Assembly (NCBI GenBank): GCA_964357635.1
Contig: CAYHLZ010000001.1
Span: 133,166-197,165 of the forward strand
Direction of reading: 5' to 3'
Source of the DNA: an uncultured Candidatus Saccharibacteria bacterium
Lineage (GTDB): Bacteria; Patescibacteriota; Minisyncoccia; Phycocordibacterales; Zambryskibacteraceae
Length of the DNA stretch: 64,000 nucleotides
A program made the translations under genes and the position numbers. The notes beneath the pieces are model-generated. The model was given only the letters and a program-made list of their open reading frames with translations, was not told the DNA's origin and made no database searches. Shown piece after piece: positions 19,786 to 29,282 of the stretch; the first letter of the stretch is position 1; each line of letters starts with the position of its first letter.

Positions 19786-19820
19786 TTGCGCCTCTCCGGC
19801 GCATCCGCCGAGGAGGCGGA
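19786..19820 (+). repeat. 35-bp double-hairpin element, copy 1
   Basis: TTGCGCCTCTCCGGCGCATCCGCCGAGGAGGCGGA; exact reverse complement at 60025-60059. Confidence 0.92.
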
Positions 19821-19842
19821 ATGGATGTCACAAAAGATATAT

Positions 19843-20400
19843 TGTGCGACACCTATATAATCGGCCAAAGCCACTTCCCCTCGGCACTAAGGAGTAATAT
19901 TATGTAAATCTATGAAGATTGCGACACTTGCTATCATTGTTAAGGGTAATAAAGTGCTACTGGGATATAAAAAGAAAGGCGAAATCGGTACAAATACCCT
20001 AAATGGCCCTGGGGGCAAATGTGAGCCAAATGAGTCCCCTATTAACTGCCTCATACGAGAGACTAAGGAGGAGCTAGATATCACTTTGGATGCCAAATAT
20101 CTTGAAAAAATATCTGTAATTACTTTTTTCTTCGCCGGAGTAGCAAGTTTTGAGGTCCATGTGTTCCGCACAGATAGGTTTGAAGGCACCCCAAAAGAGA
20201 CCGCAGACATGATACCTGACTGGTATGACGTCAATAACCTACCCCTAGACAAGATGCTTGAGTCCGACCGCGAGTGGTTTAGTAAAGCAATACGAGGCGA
20301 AAAATTTAACGCCAATGTTTATTACCGCGCCCGCGCCTCCAACTTCGAAAAAATTGAGTTTTTACCTACCTAATTAACCCCCCTGTGCGACACCTAGATA
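19843..20400 (+). repeat. Direct repeats TGTGCGACACCTA(t/g)ATA flanking the NUDIX gene
   Basis: 19843-19859 and 20384-20400, 16/17 identical. Confidence 0.8.
19912..20373 (+). CDS. NUDIX hydrolase (MutT/MTH1-like 8-oxo-dGTPase)
   Basis: Nudix box GGKCEPNESPINCLIRETKEEL, MIPDWY, M..SDREW. Confidence 0.88.
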   Translation: MKIATLAIIVKGNKVLLGYKKKGEIGTNTLNGPGGKCEPNESPINCLIRETKEELDITLDAKYLEKISVITFFFAGVASFEVHVFRTDRFEGTPKETADMIPDWYDVNNLPLDKMLESDREWFSKAIRGEKFNANVYYRARASNFEKIEFLPT

Positions 20401-20403
20401 TTA

Positions 20404-21272
20404 TCACTCTGCTGAACCACCTTCTACTGATATAACCTTCATATCTTTACTATTCAAATATATTCTCAACCAATCAATAAATTCAGCAGAGGGTTTAATA
20501 TTTAGATGTGGAAATATTTCCTTCCCTGCCGTAGTTAAATCATAGCAATTTGGAAAATGCCAATTATCATCATCTGACTTTGGTTCAATTTTTACAATAA
20601 TTTCACAATATTTAATTGTAAAAATTGAATTTTTTTCACATTCCAAGATCTTGTATAGTCTCCTGCCTGAATTAACCCTAGGTTCTGTAAATCAAGAAAA
20701 TCAGAGTAATCTACATCAAGCTTCAGTCTTAAATTATAAGCATCTTTTTTCATGCTAAAAAAATCAGCCAGAAATCCATGTTCTTTTAAATAAAAACTAC
20801 CAAAGAAAGACATTTTTTCTAATTCTTTTTTACTAAGTGATTTTAAAATTTGTAACGTACTCATGGAATAAGTGCCCGGTTTATTATATTCTCCAGCTAG
20901 TATCTTCGCTATCACTTCTTGCATCTCATCATTTGAAACCGTTTGAGCATGATCTAATAGACCCCAAAAAACATCATTTTCTATTCCAACCTCGCTCTTT
21001 TTCGCTGGATCGATATACCTTGCTACTTTTGTACCAACATTAATCAAGTTAGCACTTGAACGAAAGGTGCTCACATATTGAAGACCCAAACCTTTCCGTT
21101 TGGCTTCTTCAAAACCCTCTAATATTTGTTTTTTCACTACCTCTCCTTGTGCACCCCACTCGCTAACCTTAAAGCCCAATAATTTATCAATTATTGTAGC
21201 GAAAAATGGAGTGCCAGCCACTTTTGTTGAATTGTTAACAGCGGCTGATAAGGCTGAAGTTGGATCAAACAT
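20404..21272 (-). pseudogene. DUF2806-like protein split by a frameshift at an A7 run (~20630-20636)
   Basis: ORF 20592-21272 has 'VSNDEMQEVIAKILAGEYNKPGTYSMSTLQILKSL'. The reading frame continues in ORF 20404-20646 if one A is added. Confidence 0.65.
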
Positions 21273-21350
21273 GCTAAATATAAAAAATTAAAAAGTAATT
21301 CAACACAAAGTCTATCACATTTAATGCCATAATCTCCCTTACAATAACAC

Positions 21351-21374
21351 AAACCCCGCCTTGCGGCGGGGTTT
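21351..21374 (-). terminator. Intrinsic terminator
   Basis: AAACCCCGCC-TTGC-GGCGGGGTTT stem with flanking T/A tracts, just after the 21385 stop. Confidence 0.75.
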
Positions 21375-21384
21375 GGTTTAAGGA

Positions 21385-21876
21385 TTATCTCCTTGCGATT
21401 TCAGATTGGCTGAACTTAGCCCAACAGGCGGATGAGGACATCCAAGGCTTGGCTCCTTGCTTCTCGTAGAGATAACGTGCATATTTCACGTTATCATCAA
21501 GATCATGGACATCCAAACCCATCTCCTCTGCATCCTCGGCGTGATACAAGACGTTAATCTGCATCACTCCTCTGTCAAAGCTATTTTCCTCCCCTCTTAA
21601 GACATTACCTTTAGAGTTGAAGTGACGGTAATGCGACTCGCATCCTGCAATCTTGGCAAGGACGGGAATATCGGCGAAGTAATCATTAATGAATCTTTCA
21701 ATATTCTTAGAATCTGTAATCGGCTGATAGTCTTCTGACTTGACCTCCCTAGGTGCCGGTTCTACCGCCACCACTCTTCCCGTCGGTAACACTAGCGATG
21801 GAATCGCTGGTAATACGTCAACGGCTGAAGACGAAAGGCTTAAAAGAAGACTAATCGTCGTGAGCTGTAAAATAAC
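21385..21876 (-). CDS. Secreted lysozyme/lytic-transglycosylase-like protein; start codon uncertain
   Basis: IAGCES catalytic Glu, DRGVMQIN, NVKYARYLYEKQGAKPW. Frame is open upstream of GTG 21792 through a signal-peptide-like stretch. Confidence 0.75.
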   Translation of the reverse strand, partial: VILQLTTISLLLSLSSSAVDVLPAIPSLVLPTGRVVAVEPAPREVKSEDYQPITDSKNIERFINDYFADIPVLAKIAGCESHYRHFNSKGNVLRGEENSFDRGVMQINVLYHAEDAEEMGLDVHDLDDNVKYARYLYEKQGAKPWMSSSACWAKFSQSEIARR

Positions 21877-21983
21877 AGTAGTTTAAACTTCTAATTTTAG
21901 GTTGCCGTGTCCGTAATTCGTCCACGCCGTTGGCGGGATAAACTCTCCTAAATGAAAAGCCAGCACCTGGCTGACTTATTAAT

Positions 21984-22012
21984 ATACTAGCACATTAGAG
22001 ACTTGCTGTCAA
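21984..22012 (-). promoter_or_regulatory. Sigma70 promoter of the lysozyme-like gene
   Basis: TTGACA-17 bp-TAGTAT with extended TGn. Confidence 0.7.
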
Positions 22013-22080
22013 GAGTTTTGTGTGGTGAAATTTATAAGAAACGGCTCTGTTGAGCCGTATTATGGCCAAAATAACAAAGC

Positions 22081-22488
22081 TTAACGAGGCTTACAATTGG
22101 CTGCTAGGGTGTATCCGGCCGATTCTGCCAAACTAGGGCTCGCAAAGACGATTTTGTTCTCTTCTTTTATCTGTTTGGCGCCGGAACAGTGTAAATAATG
22201 ATATTTTTCTCCATTTTTTGAGACTACTACAGTCTGTGAAGCGTTCACAGGAACCGAAGGAAGCTCTTTTACGGCACTTATGGCAGAAGCAGTGTTTGAA
22301 ACTGTATTTAACGAAGAGTCGTACTCAATCTTTATAGGCTCGCCCTTCCCCATCATGGAGAGTCTGCCAATGCCAAACGAAAGCGTGGCTACCAAGATAA
22401 TGACAAGAGAAAGGAAAAGCTTCTTAAAGAGCGGAAAGCGCTCTACTTCCCCATCCTTGTCATAAGTCACCTCTTCTGATATATTCAT
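22081..22488 (-). CDS. Membrane-anchored protein with Ada metal-binding-like C-terminal domain
   Basis: TM helix; SKNGEKYHYLHC...FAS..AESAGY..AANC. Confidence 0.75.
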   Translation of the reverse strand: MNISEEVTYDKDGEVERFPLFKKLFLSLVIILVATLSFGIGRLSMMGKGEPIKIEYDSSLNTVSNTASAISAVKELPSVPVNASQTVVVSKNGEKYHYLHCSGAKQIKEENKIVFASPSLAESAGYTLAANCKPR

Positions 22489-22539
22489 ATGGCTCTAATT
22501 ATACCCTTCGACAAGCTCAGGGTAAATGTTAAAACATTT

Positions 22540-22818
22540 ATGGCACATAAGAAATCAGCAGGTACAAGTAAAAACGGCCGAGATTCCAACCCAAAATACC
22601 TTGGAATTAAGGTTACTCACGGCGCCCTCGCCAAGGTTGGCTCTGTTCTCGTGCGTCAGAGAGGTACCGATGTCCTCCCCGGGAAGAATGTTTCCATGGG
22701 TTCGGACCACACCCTTTTTGCTATCAAAGACGGCAGAGTTTCTCTCACCTATAAAAGAAAGGTTCACTTTGACAACAAAGTTATGAAGAAGAAGGTTATG
22801 AACGTTGTTCCTGCCTAA
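22540..22818 (+). CDS. rpmA: 50S ribosomal protein L27
   Basis: [34 protein letters not shown]. Confidence 0.97.
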   Translation: MAHKKSAGTSKNGRDSNPKYLGIKVTHGALAKVGSVLVRQRGTDVLPGKNVSMGSDHTLFAIKDGRVSLTYKRKVHFDNKVMKKKVMNVVPA

Positions 22819-23062
22819 ACTTCTCAAGCTCCAAGTGTTTTGCCTCTCGTTTTGATTCCTTTTCTTTAATCTCTTGTTCTAGAATAAGTTTCTTTGCCTC
22901 ACTCTGCTCTTTGAGTTGTTTGACCATAGATTCATTCTGTTTGGTGAACGGGAGAGCAAGTTTTTTTGGTATGAGGAAATTTATGCCGTAACCATCCGAA
23001 ACATTTTTTTCTTCAAATTTTCTGCCCACTCCTTTTACATCCTGTAATAAAATGACTTTCAT
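22796..23062 (-). CDS. rplI: 50S ribosomal protein L9, N-terminal domain and helix only
   Basis: [29 protein letters not shown]; 88 aa, no C-terminal domain. Confidence 0.85.
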   Translation of the reverse strand: MKVILLQDVKGVGRKFEEKNVSDGYGINFLIPKKLALPFTKQNESMVKQLKEQSEAKKLILEQEIKEKESKREAKHLELEKFRQEQRS

Positions 23063-23063
23063 T

Positions 23064-24287
23064 TCATTGTTGTTTCAAAATTTCCAAAGCTTTCGCCATC
23101 TGGGGATCACGCTTGGCTTCCCTATCTTCAACTGTATATTTGACGAGGTGTGTCGGTGTGATACCACCGTCAGAAATGGAGACGCCGTTTGGAGTGAGCC
23201 ATCTTGCAATGGTGACCTTAAGAGAAGTCTCCGAAGTAATGTCCACAAGTTCCTGAACAGAACCTTTGCCAAAAGTTTTATCTCCGACGAGTATTGCTCT
23301 GCCGTGCTCCGCCAGAGCTCCAGCCAAAATTTCTGAGGCAGAAGCTGACCCGCTATCAACGAGTATCACAAACTTTAGGTTGTCGTTGAAGACGTCATAA
23401 CCCTTGCTTCTATAGACCTTCTCCTCATCTCCGGCACCGAAGTCTTCTCTCACGACCACCTTGCTTGAAGGCAGAAACCAGCTTGCCATATCTATGGCAG
23501 CCTCTAGGTATCCACCTGGGTTGTTTCTAAGGTCTAAAATGAGCTTGTCATTTTTAGAAACGATAAATTCTCGCAGTGCCGTGCGGAAAAGGTTTGGCGA
23601 CTGCGCCGAGAAGCTATATAGCTCAATGACAAAGACGCCTCCCGGCAGCTCTTTTGTAGCTATCGTGGGGATGTCTATAACCTCACGCACCACATCTATT
23701 TCAAAAGGTTCTGCAACACCATCTCTAAAGATAGTGAGATTTACTTTTGTCCCCTTCTCTCCGCGGATAAGTTGCACCGCATCCTCTGTTCTAAGGCTGG
23801 CGGTATTCTTGTCGTCAATTTTTATAATTTTATCTCCCGGTAAGATGCCGGCTCGTGCCGCAGGAGAATCCTTCAATGGTGCAACGACAGTGATGGCACC
23901 GTTCTGCGCCAAGATTTCCATCCCAACACCTTCAAAGTTGCCACGGATATCTGCTTCAAAGAGTTCTGCCTCTACTGGTGGGAAAAAGACCGTGTACGGG
24001 TCGCCCAGAGAACTCGTCAAACCTTGGATAGCACCCCAAACTTTTTCTTGGTTGCCAACTGTCTTCGTTGTGGAGGAGGCTGGCACATACTTTTCATTTA
24101 TTAGATTCCAAGCTTTCCAGAATGGTGCGAAGTCAACATTGACGGGCTCTCCCTCCGTCTTGTTTTCTAGACCCTCAACGGAGCGAGTCAAACTCTCTTC
24201 TCCAGAGTTGAAGCCTACTAGGTATGAGCCGACGATGAGAACAAGTCCTAGTGTCAGGAGTGCGGCGTATCTTTTGAAAAATTCCAT
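23064..24287 (-). CDS. ctpA: Carboxyl-terminal processing protease (S41A)
   Basis: DPYT, PDZ domain, [23 protein letters not shown]. Confidence 0.93.
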   Translation of the reverse strand: MEFFKRYAALLTLGLVLIVGSYLVGFNSGEESLTRSVEGLENKTEGEPVNVDFAPFWKAWNLINEKYVPASSTTKTVGNQEKVWGAIQGLTSSLGDPYTVFFPPVEAELFEADIRGNFEGVGMEILAQNGAITVVAPLKDSPAARAGILPGDKIIKIDDKNTASLRTEDAVQLIRGEKGTKVNLTIFRDGVAEPFEIDVVREVIDIPTIATKELPGGVFVIELYSFSAQSPNLFRTALREFIVSKNDKLILDLRNNPGGYLEAAIDMASWFLPSSKVVVREDFGAGDEEKVYRSKGYDVFNDNLKFVILVDSGSASASEILAGALAEHGRAILVGDKTFGKGSVQELVDITSETSLKVTIARWLTPNGVSISDGGITPTHLVKYTVEDREAKRDPQMAKALEILKQQ

Positions 24288-24325
24288 TTAGGAGATTATA
24301 ACATCTTTCCTGTTATAATGAAGCT

Positions 24326-25699
24326 GTGAGTATCAAACTCCACAACACACTCTCTGGCACTCTTGAAGAATTCCGGCCGATAAAGCCCGGTGAGGCTCTC
24401 ATGTATCACTGCGGTCCGACGGTTTACAATTATGCGCACATTGGCAATCTTCGTTCATATGTCTTTGCCGACATCTTGAGACGAACACTAGAATACCTTG
24501 GATTTGAAGTGACTCAAGTTATAAACATTACCGATATTGGTCACCTTACTTCAGATGCCGATACTGGAGACGACAAAATGCTCAAAGGTCTTAAGCGAGA
24601 AGGTTTGGCCATAAGCTTGGAGGGTCTAAAAGAGCTTGGAGACAAGTACGAAGACGCCTTTAAGAAGGACCTTGAGGCTCTAAATATAGAAACACCGCAT
24701 CACTTCCCTAGAGCGACAAAATATCTAAAGCAAGATATAGAGCTGGTGCAAAAGCTTGAACAGCTTGGATTTGCCTACAAACTTGCCGATGGTGTTTACT
24801 TTGATACCGGAAAATTAAAGGATTATGGCAAACTTGGTGGACTCACCCCCACAAGCGAGGCACTTGCTCGTGTGGGTAGCGATGAGAAGAAGAATCCTAG
24901 GGACTTTGTGCTCTGGAAGCTCTCTAAGGACGACCATTTAGGATTTGAAAGTCCGTGGGGTGTGGGCTTCCCCGGCTGGCACTTGGAGTGCTCGGTGATG
25001 TCAAAAGCAATTTTGGGTCAGCCGTTTGACATCCACACTGGTGGGATAGACCACATTCCAGTGCATCACAACAACGAGATTGCTCAATCCGAATCTGCAT
25101 ACAACTCAGCACTTTCAAACTTTTGGTTACATAATGAATTCTTAACACTTGCCGACGGTAAGATGGCAAAGTCAGAAGGTAACGAAATTATTCTAAATAC
25201 TTTGGTAGAAAAAGGATTCTTCCCACTCGCCTACCGCTACTTCCTCCTCATGGCGCACTACAGAACTCCTGTTAATTTTTCCGACACAGCACTTTCTGCT
25301 GCACAGAATGCATATAGGAAACTTAAAGACGTGCTAACTCTCTTACCTAAGGACGGCAAAATTTCTCCTAAATATAAAAAAGATTTTCAAAGTGCACTTG
25401 AAGACGATTTGAACACTCCCGAAGCGCTTTCTCTGGTCTGGGGATTAATAAAGGACGATAGTATCTCTCCCGCCGATAAGCGAGCCACTCTTCTAGACTT
25501 TGACCAAGTGCTTGGGCTCAATCTTTTGAAAAATGAATTCTTGGATATTCCAAAAACTATTTTGGAGTTGGGAGAGAAAAGAAAATTGGCAAAAGAGAAA
25601 GGAAATTTCCAAGAATCAGATAAGATAAGAGAAGAGATAGAGAGTCAAGGCTTTGAAATAAGAGATACGGGTGAGACTTTTGTGATATTTAAACGATAA
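24326..25699 (+). CDS. cysS: Cysteinyl-tRNA synthetase
   Basis: CGPTVYNYAHIGN, PGWHLECS, DIHTGGIDH..HHNNE, KMAKS. Confidence 0.97.
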   Translation: MSIKLHNTLSGTLEEFRPIKPGEALMYHCGPTVYNYAHIGNLRSYVFADILRRTLEYLGFEVTQVINITDIGHLTSDADTGDDKMLKGLKREGLAISLEGLKELGDKYEDAFKKDLEALNIETPHHFPRATKYLKQDIELVQKLEQLGFAYKLADGVYFDTGKLKDYGKLGGLTPTSEALARVGSDEKKNPRDFVLWKLSKDDHLGFESPWGVGFPGWHLECSVMSKAILGQPFDIHTGGIDHIPVHHNNEIAQSESAYNSALSNFWLHNEFLTLADGKMAKSEGNEIILNTLVEKGFFPLAYRYFLLMAHYRTPVNFSDTALSAAQNAYRKLKDVLTLLPKDGKISPKYKKDFQSALEDDLNTPEALSLVWGLIKDDSISPADKRATLLDFDQVLGLNLLKNEFLDIPKTILELGEKRKLAKEKGNFQESDKIREEIESQGFEIRDTGETFVIFKR

Positions 25700-25780
25700 T
25701 TTTTAATCCCCAGCTTACTCCCGCTGTTCTCAACAAATTTCCATTTGTAGAAGATAGCCAAAAGTTGCTAAGATGGGGGT

Positions 25781-27199
25781 ATGAAAATTTTGACTCTAGA
25801 CGAAAAAAGCGGTCTCCGTATCCCACCCCATTCTCTCGAAGGCGAGGCAGCCCTTCTTGGCTCTATCATGCTCCGCCCCGATGCTATTTATGAAGTGCTT
25901 GATATCGTTACGCCAAGCTCGTTTTATTTTGAAAAGCACAAAACAATTTTTGAAACCATGCTTGAACTCTTCGGCAAGCATCAGCCGATAGATATCCTCT
26001 CACTCTCTTCTAGACTCAAGGAAAAGGACTTACTGGAACGGGTCGGGGGCGCAACTTTCCTTACCGAACTTTCCTCCGCTGTCCCCTCTTCCGCTAATGC
26101 TAAGCACTATGCAGAAATTGTCATGAAGAAATTTATGATGCGCCAACTCATAGAAGCATCAGAGTTTCTCTCACATCTTGGTTTCAACGAAGCTGGTGAC
26201 TTGGAAGAAATTCTTGACAACGCAGAGAAAAAAGTTTTTGACATCACCGAACGTTTTGCCGGTACTGCTCGTTTCAAAGATCTTGTTCCCCTACTTCACG
26301 AAGCCTTTGACCGTTTTGAAAAACTTTCTTCCTCGGAGCACAAACTCCGCGGAGTGCCGACAGGTTTCAAATCTCTTGACGATATTTTGGGCGGTTTCCA
26401 AAACTCTGACCTTATCATCATCGCTGCTCGTCCTTCTGTCGGTAAAACTGCTCTTGCCCTTGATATTGCTCGCAGGACCGCGAGCCTGCATCAGACACCT
26501 GTGGGCATTTTCTCTCTTGAGATGAGTGCTGACCAGTTGGTAGATAGAATCGTGGCTGCCCAGTCACGCACCGACTCTTCTGTCATTAGAAAAGGTATCA
26601 AGACTCAAACGGGCACTTGGCGTGATGATGTTTTCAAAAATATTCGCGACGCACTTGATGAACTCTCTCGCACCCCAATATATATTGACGACCAAGCCGG
26701 CAACACCATCATGAAGATGCGCTCGGCTGCCCGCAAACTTAAGATTGAAAAAGGACTGAAACTCTTGGTGGTGGACTACCTACAACTAATGGCACCTTCA
26801 ACTGCCCGCGTGAACGACTCCATGGTCCAGCAAGTCACCGAGATTTCTCGCTCACTCAAACACTTGGCACGCGAATTGAATATCCCAGTGGTAGCACTCT
26901 CACAACTTTCTCGCGCCGTTGAGACTCGTGGCGGTAAACCCAAACTCTCCGACCTCAGAGACTCTGGTTCTATAGAACAAGATGCCGACCTTGTGATGTT
27001 TATCCACTCAAACGAAGAAGACATTCGCGACGAGTCAGGCAAGATAAAAGAAGTTCAGAGAAAAGAGCTCATCATCGCCAAGCACAGGAACGGTCCCTTG
27101 GGTGTCGCAACTCTTGACTACCACACCCGCTTCAACACCTTTGTTGAGATAGATTATTCAAACTACGGCAAGGCTGAAGAAGAGTTTAAAAACCTTTAA
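25781..27199 (+). CDS. dnaB: Replicative DNA helicase
   Basis: AARPSVGKT, FSLEMS, DYLQL, LSQLSR, DLRDSGSIEQDAD, KHRNGP. Confidence 0.97.
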   Translation: MKILTLDEKSGLRIPPHSLEGEAALLGSIMLRPDAIYEVLDIVTPSSFYFEKHKTIFETMLELFGKHQPIDILSLSSRLKEKDLLERVGGATFLTELSSAVPSSANAKHYAEIVMKKFMMRQLIEASEFLSHLGFNEAGDLEEILDNAEKKVFDITERFAGTARFKDLVPLLHEAFDRFEKLSSSEHKLRGVPTGFKSLDDILGGFQNSDLIIIAARPSVGKTALALDIARRTASLHQTPVGIFSLEMSADQLVDRIVAAQSRTDSSVIRKGIKTQTGTWRDDVFKNIRDALDELSRTPIYIDDQAGNTIMKMRSAARKLKIEKGLKLLVVDYLQLMAPSTARVNDSMVQQVTEISRSLKHLARELNIPVVALSQLSRAVETRGGKPKLSDLRDSGSIEQDADLVMFIHSNEEDIRDESGKIKEVQRKELIIAKHRNGPLGVATLDYHTRFNTFVEIDYSNYGKAEEEFKNL

Positions 27200-27204
27200 T
27201 CTTG

Positions 27205-27807
27205 ATGAATTCTATAGATAAGCTCTCAGAGATTTTTGCTCGTTTTCCGGGTATTGGCCCAAGGCAGGCCAAGCGCTTTGTCTACTTTCTCCTCTCTAAG
27301 AATGGCGATTATTCCGGTGAAGTTATTAAGGCCATAGAGAACCTCAAGAAAGACATTGTCCAGTGCGAATCTTGCATGCGTTTTTTTGTCGGTAATGGAG
27401 CAAAGAAAAAAGTTTGTTCTATCTGCTCCGATGATACTCGTGACACTTCCATGCTCATGCTTGTGCCAAGAGATATAGACTTTGAAGCGGTAGAGAAAAG
27501 TGGCAGTTATAAAGGACTTTACTTTATCCTCGGTGGCGTGATACCAATTTTAGAAAAAGAACCAGAGAAAAGAATTAAACTAAAAGAACTAGAGAGCCGA
27601 ATCAAGAAGAGTAAAAATCTTAAAGAAATTATTTTAGCCATGAACGCCAATCTTGATGGCGAGAACACTGCCGAATTTATCAAACAAAAGTTTTTACGGA
27701 CGGGCATAACCTTCTCCACTTTAGGCAGAGGTTTATCTACTGGTATAGAACTTGAATACGCTGACCCGGAAACTCTCAAGAACGCATTTCTGCACCGAAC
27801 TAAGTAA
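27205..27807 (+). CDS. recR: Recombination mediator RecR
   Basis: PGIGPRQAKR, C4 zinc finger, TOPRIM (DGENTA), ELEYAD. Confidence 0.95.
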   Translation: MNSIDKLSEIFARFPGIGPRQAKRFVYFLLSKNGDYSGEVIKAIENLKKDIVQCESCMRFFVGNGAKKKVCSICSDDTRDTSMLMLVPRDIDFEAVEKSGSYKGLYFILGGVIPILEKEPEKRIKLKELESRIKKSKNLKEIILAMNANLDGENTAEFIKQKFLRTGITFSTLGRGLSTGIELEYADPETLKNAFLHRTK

Positions 27808-28219
27808 TTGAATCAATCTTCACCTCAAAGTAAGGTTGGCGGTGTCCGTATTTTTTAAAGTAGCGCGACTTCTGTTTGTACTTGATGACGTCAATAGTTT
27901 TGTATCTGCCGATTTTATTTAAAGTAGCATTAACTTCTGCCCCCTTGATGTAAGGCGTGCCGATAGTGGCCGTACTCTTACCATCATCAACCAGAAGCAC
28001 TTTGTCAAAGACAATTTTGTCCCCTTCTTTATGTTCATCACCCAATTTTTCAATCTTAACCAAATCCCCTATACCAACGTGATACTGTTTGCCACCAGTA
28101 GAAAAAACTGCACAAGTGCCATTCTTTTGCGGAACTTCTTTAGTAGCTTTTGCCACCACCTTTTTGACAGGGGTCTTTCTTGGGGCCTTGGCTACCTTGG
28201 GCTCTTTGGCTTTAACCAT
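27800..28219 (-). CDS. rplU: 50S ribosomal protein L21 with Lys/Ala-rich N-terminal extension
   Basis: TGGKQYHV, IGTPYI, GHRQPY. Confidence 0.95.
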   Translation of the reverse strand: MVKAKEPKVAKAPRKTPVKKVVAKATKEVPQKNGTCAVFSTGGKQYHVGIGDLVKIEKLGDEHKEGDKIVFDKVLLVDDGKSTATIGTPYIKGAEVNATLNKIGRYKTIDVIKYKQKSRYFKKYGHRQPYFEVKIDSIT

Positions 28220-28226
28220 AGGTTCA

Positions 28227-29282
28227 CTATTCTACCGATGGTTTGTCTAAAGTCAACGGCTCAAGGTCTATGCCAGATCCGGTGATACGGAGAACGTCTT
28301 TATCTACCTTGCCAAGCTCCTTATAGCCGGAGTTATAGTGGTTTATGGTTGTGGAGAGGGCGTTACCGAGCTTGGTGTAGTACTCTTCATAGCTTTTGAG
28401 GTGTTTACCCAGTTCCTCTACCCTCTTTATAATCTCAACCGCCTTCTCTTCTATATGTAGAGCGTTTAGACCCTGTAAAACAGTCTGGAGGTAAGCAAGA
28501 AACGAGGTTGGAGAGACTATTAGTACATGGTATTTGGACGCAGCACGCTGGATTAGAGTCTCGGAGTCCTCTTTCAGTGCTCCAATCTTGTTTATTATGA
28601 GGTCATAGTAGATGGCTTCGTGCGGGATGAACATAAAAGCGAAGTCCATGGTGCCTTGAGAGGGCTGAATATACTTGGCAGTCTCGGTAATACGGTTTTT
28701 CAAGTCGGCGACAAAGGCTTTTTCCAATTTTTCTTTCTCAACTTCATTTTTTTCTTCAATAATTCTATTGTAATTCTCCAAAGAGAACTTGGAATCAACT
28801 GGAATGATCTTGTCTTTGACGAAAACGGCGGCATCAACAATAGTGCCGTCTTTGAAAGCGTATTGCATCTGGTAAGAGCCGGGTGGTAAAACATTTTTCA
28901 ATAAAGTTTCCAAATAATATTCACCAAGCACTCCTCTCTGCTTAGGATTTTTTAAAATATCTTGCAGAGATTGCAGTTGATCTGCAAAAGAAACAACCTG
29001 TCTGTTTGTCTCATCAAGTTTTGTCAGTCCCGTTGTTACTTCGCGAATAAGTTTTGCCGACTCACCGAATTGCGCCCGCACCGACTCGTTCATCATTTTA
29101 TTTGTCTCCGCCATCTTCTGGTCCACGGTGCGAGAAAATTCATTGAGCTGTGTCAAAAGTAATTTCATCCCCTCTCCATCAGTCTCCGATTTTTTTCCGC
29201 TAAATCTTTTTGCAAAGACAAAAAGTGCGATAGCATTGACTACTACAAGAGAGACAACTACCACTAGAACGAGATTAGACAT
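28227..29282 (-). CDS. rmuC: DNA recombination protein RmuC
   Basis: PKQRGVLGE, VDSKFSL, DFAFMFIPHE, VSPTSF. Start taken at ATG 29282. Confidence 0.92.
   Translation of the reverse strand: MSNLVLVVVVSLVVVNAIALFVFAKRFSGKKSETDGEGMKLLLTQLNEFSRTVDQKMAETNKMMNESVRAQFGESAKLIREVTTGLTKLDETNRQVVSFADQLQSLQDILKNPKQRGVLGEYYLETLLKNVLPPGSYQMQYAFKDGTIVDAAVFVKDKIIPVDSKFSLENYNRIIEEKNEVEKEKLEKAFVADLKNRITETAKYIQPSQGTMDFAFMFIPHEAIYYDLIINKIGALKEDSETLIQRAASKYHVLIVSPTSFLAYLQTVLQGLNALHIEEKAVEIIKRVEELGKHLKSYEEYYTKLGNALSTTINHYNSGYKELGKVDKDVLRITGSGIDLEPLTLDKPSVE

Noticed and set aside
19885-19911. dif-like site (TTATGTAAAT)
   Set aside because: Only a partial XerD arm; no matching XerC arm.
23461-24291. 276-aa plus-strand ORF and many similar shadow ORFs
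   Set aside because: Antisense to well-supported genes (here ctpA); no motifs of their own.
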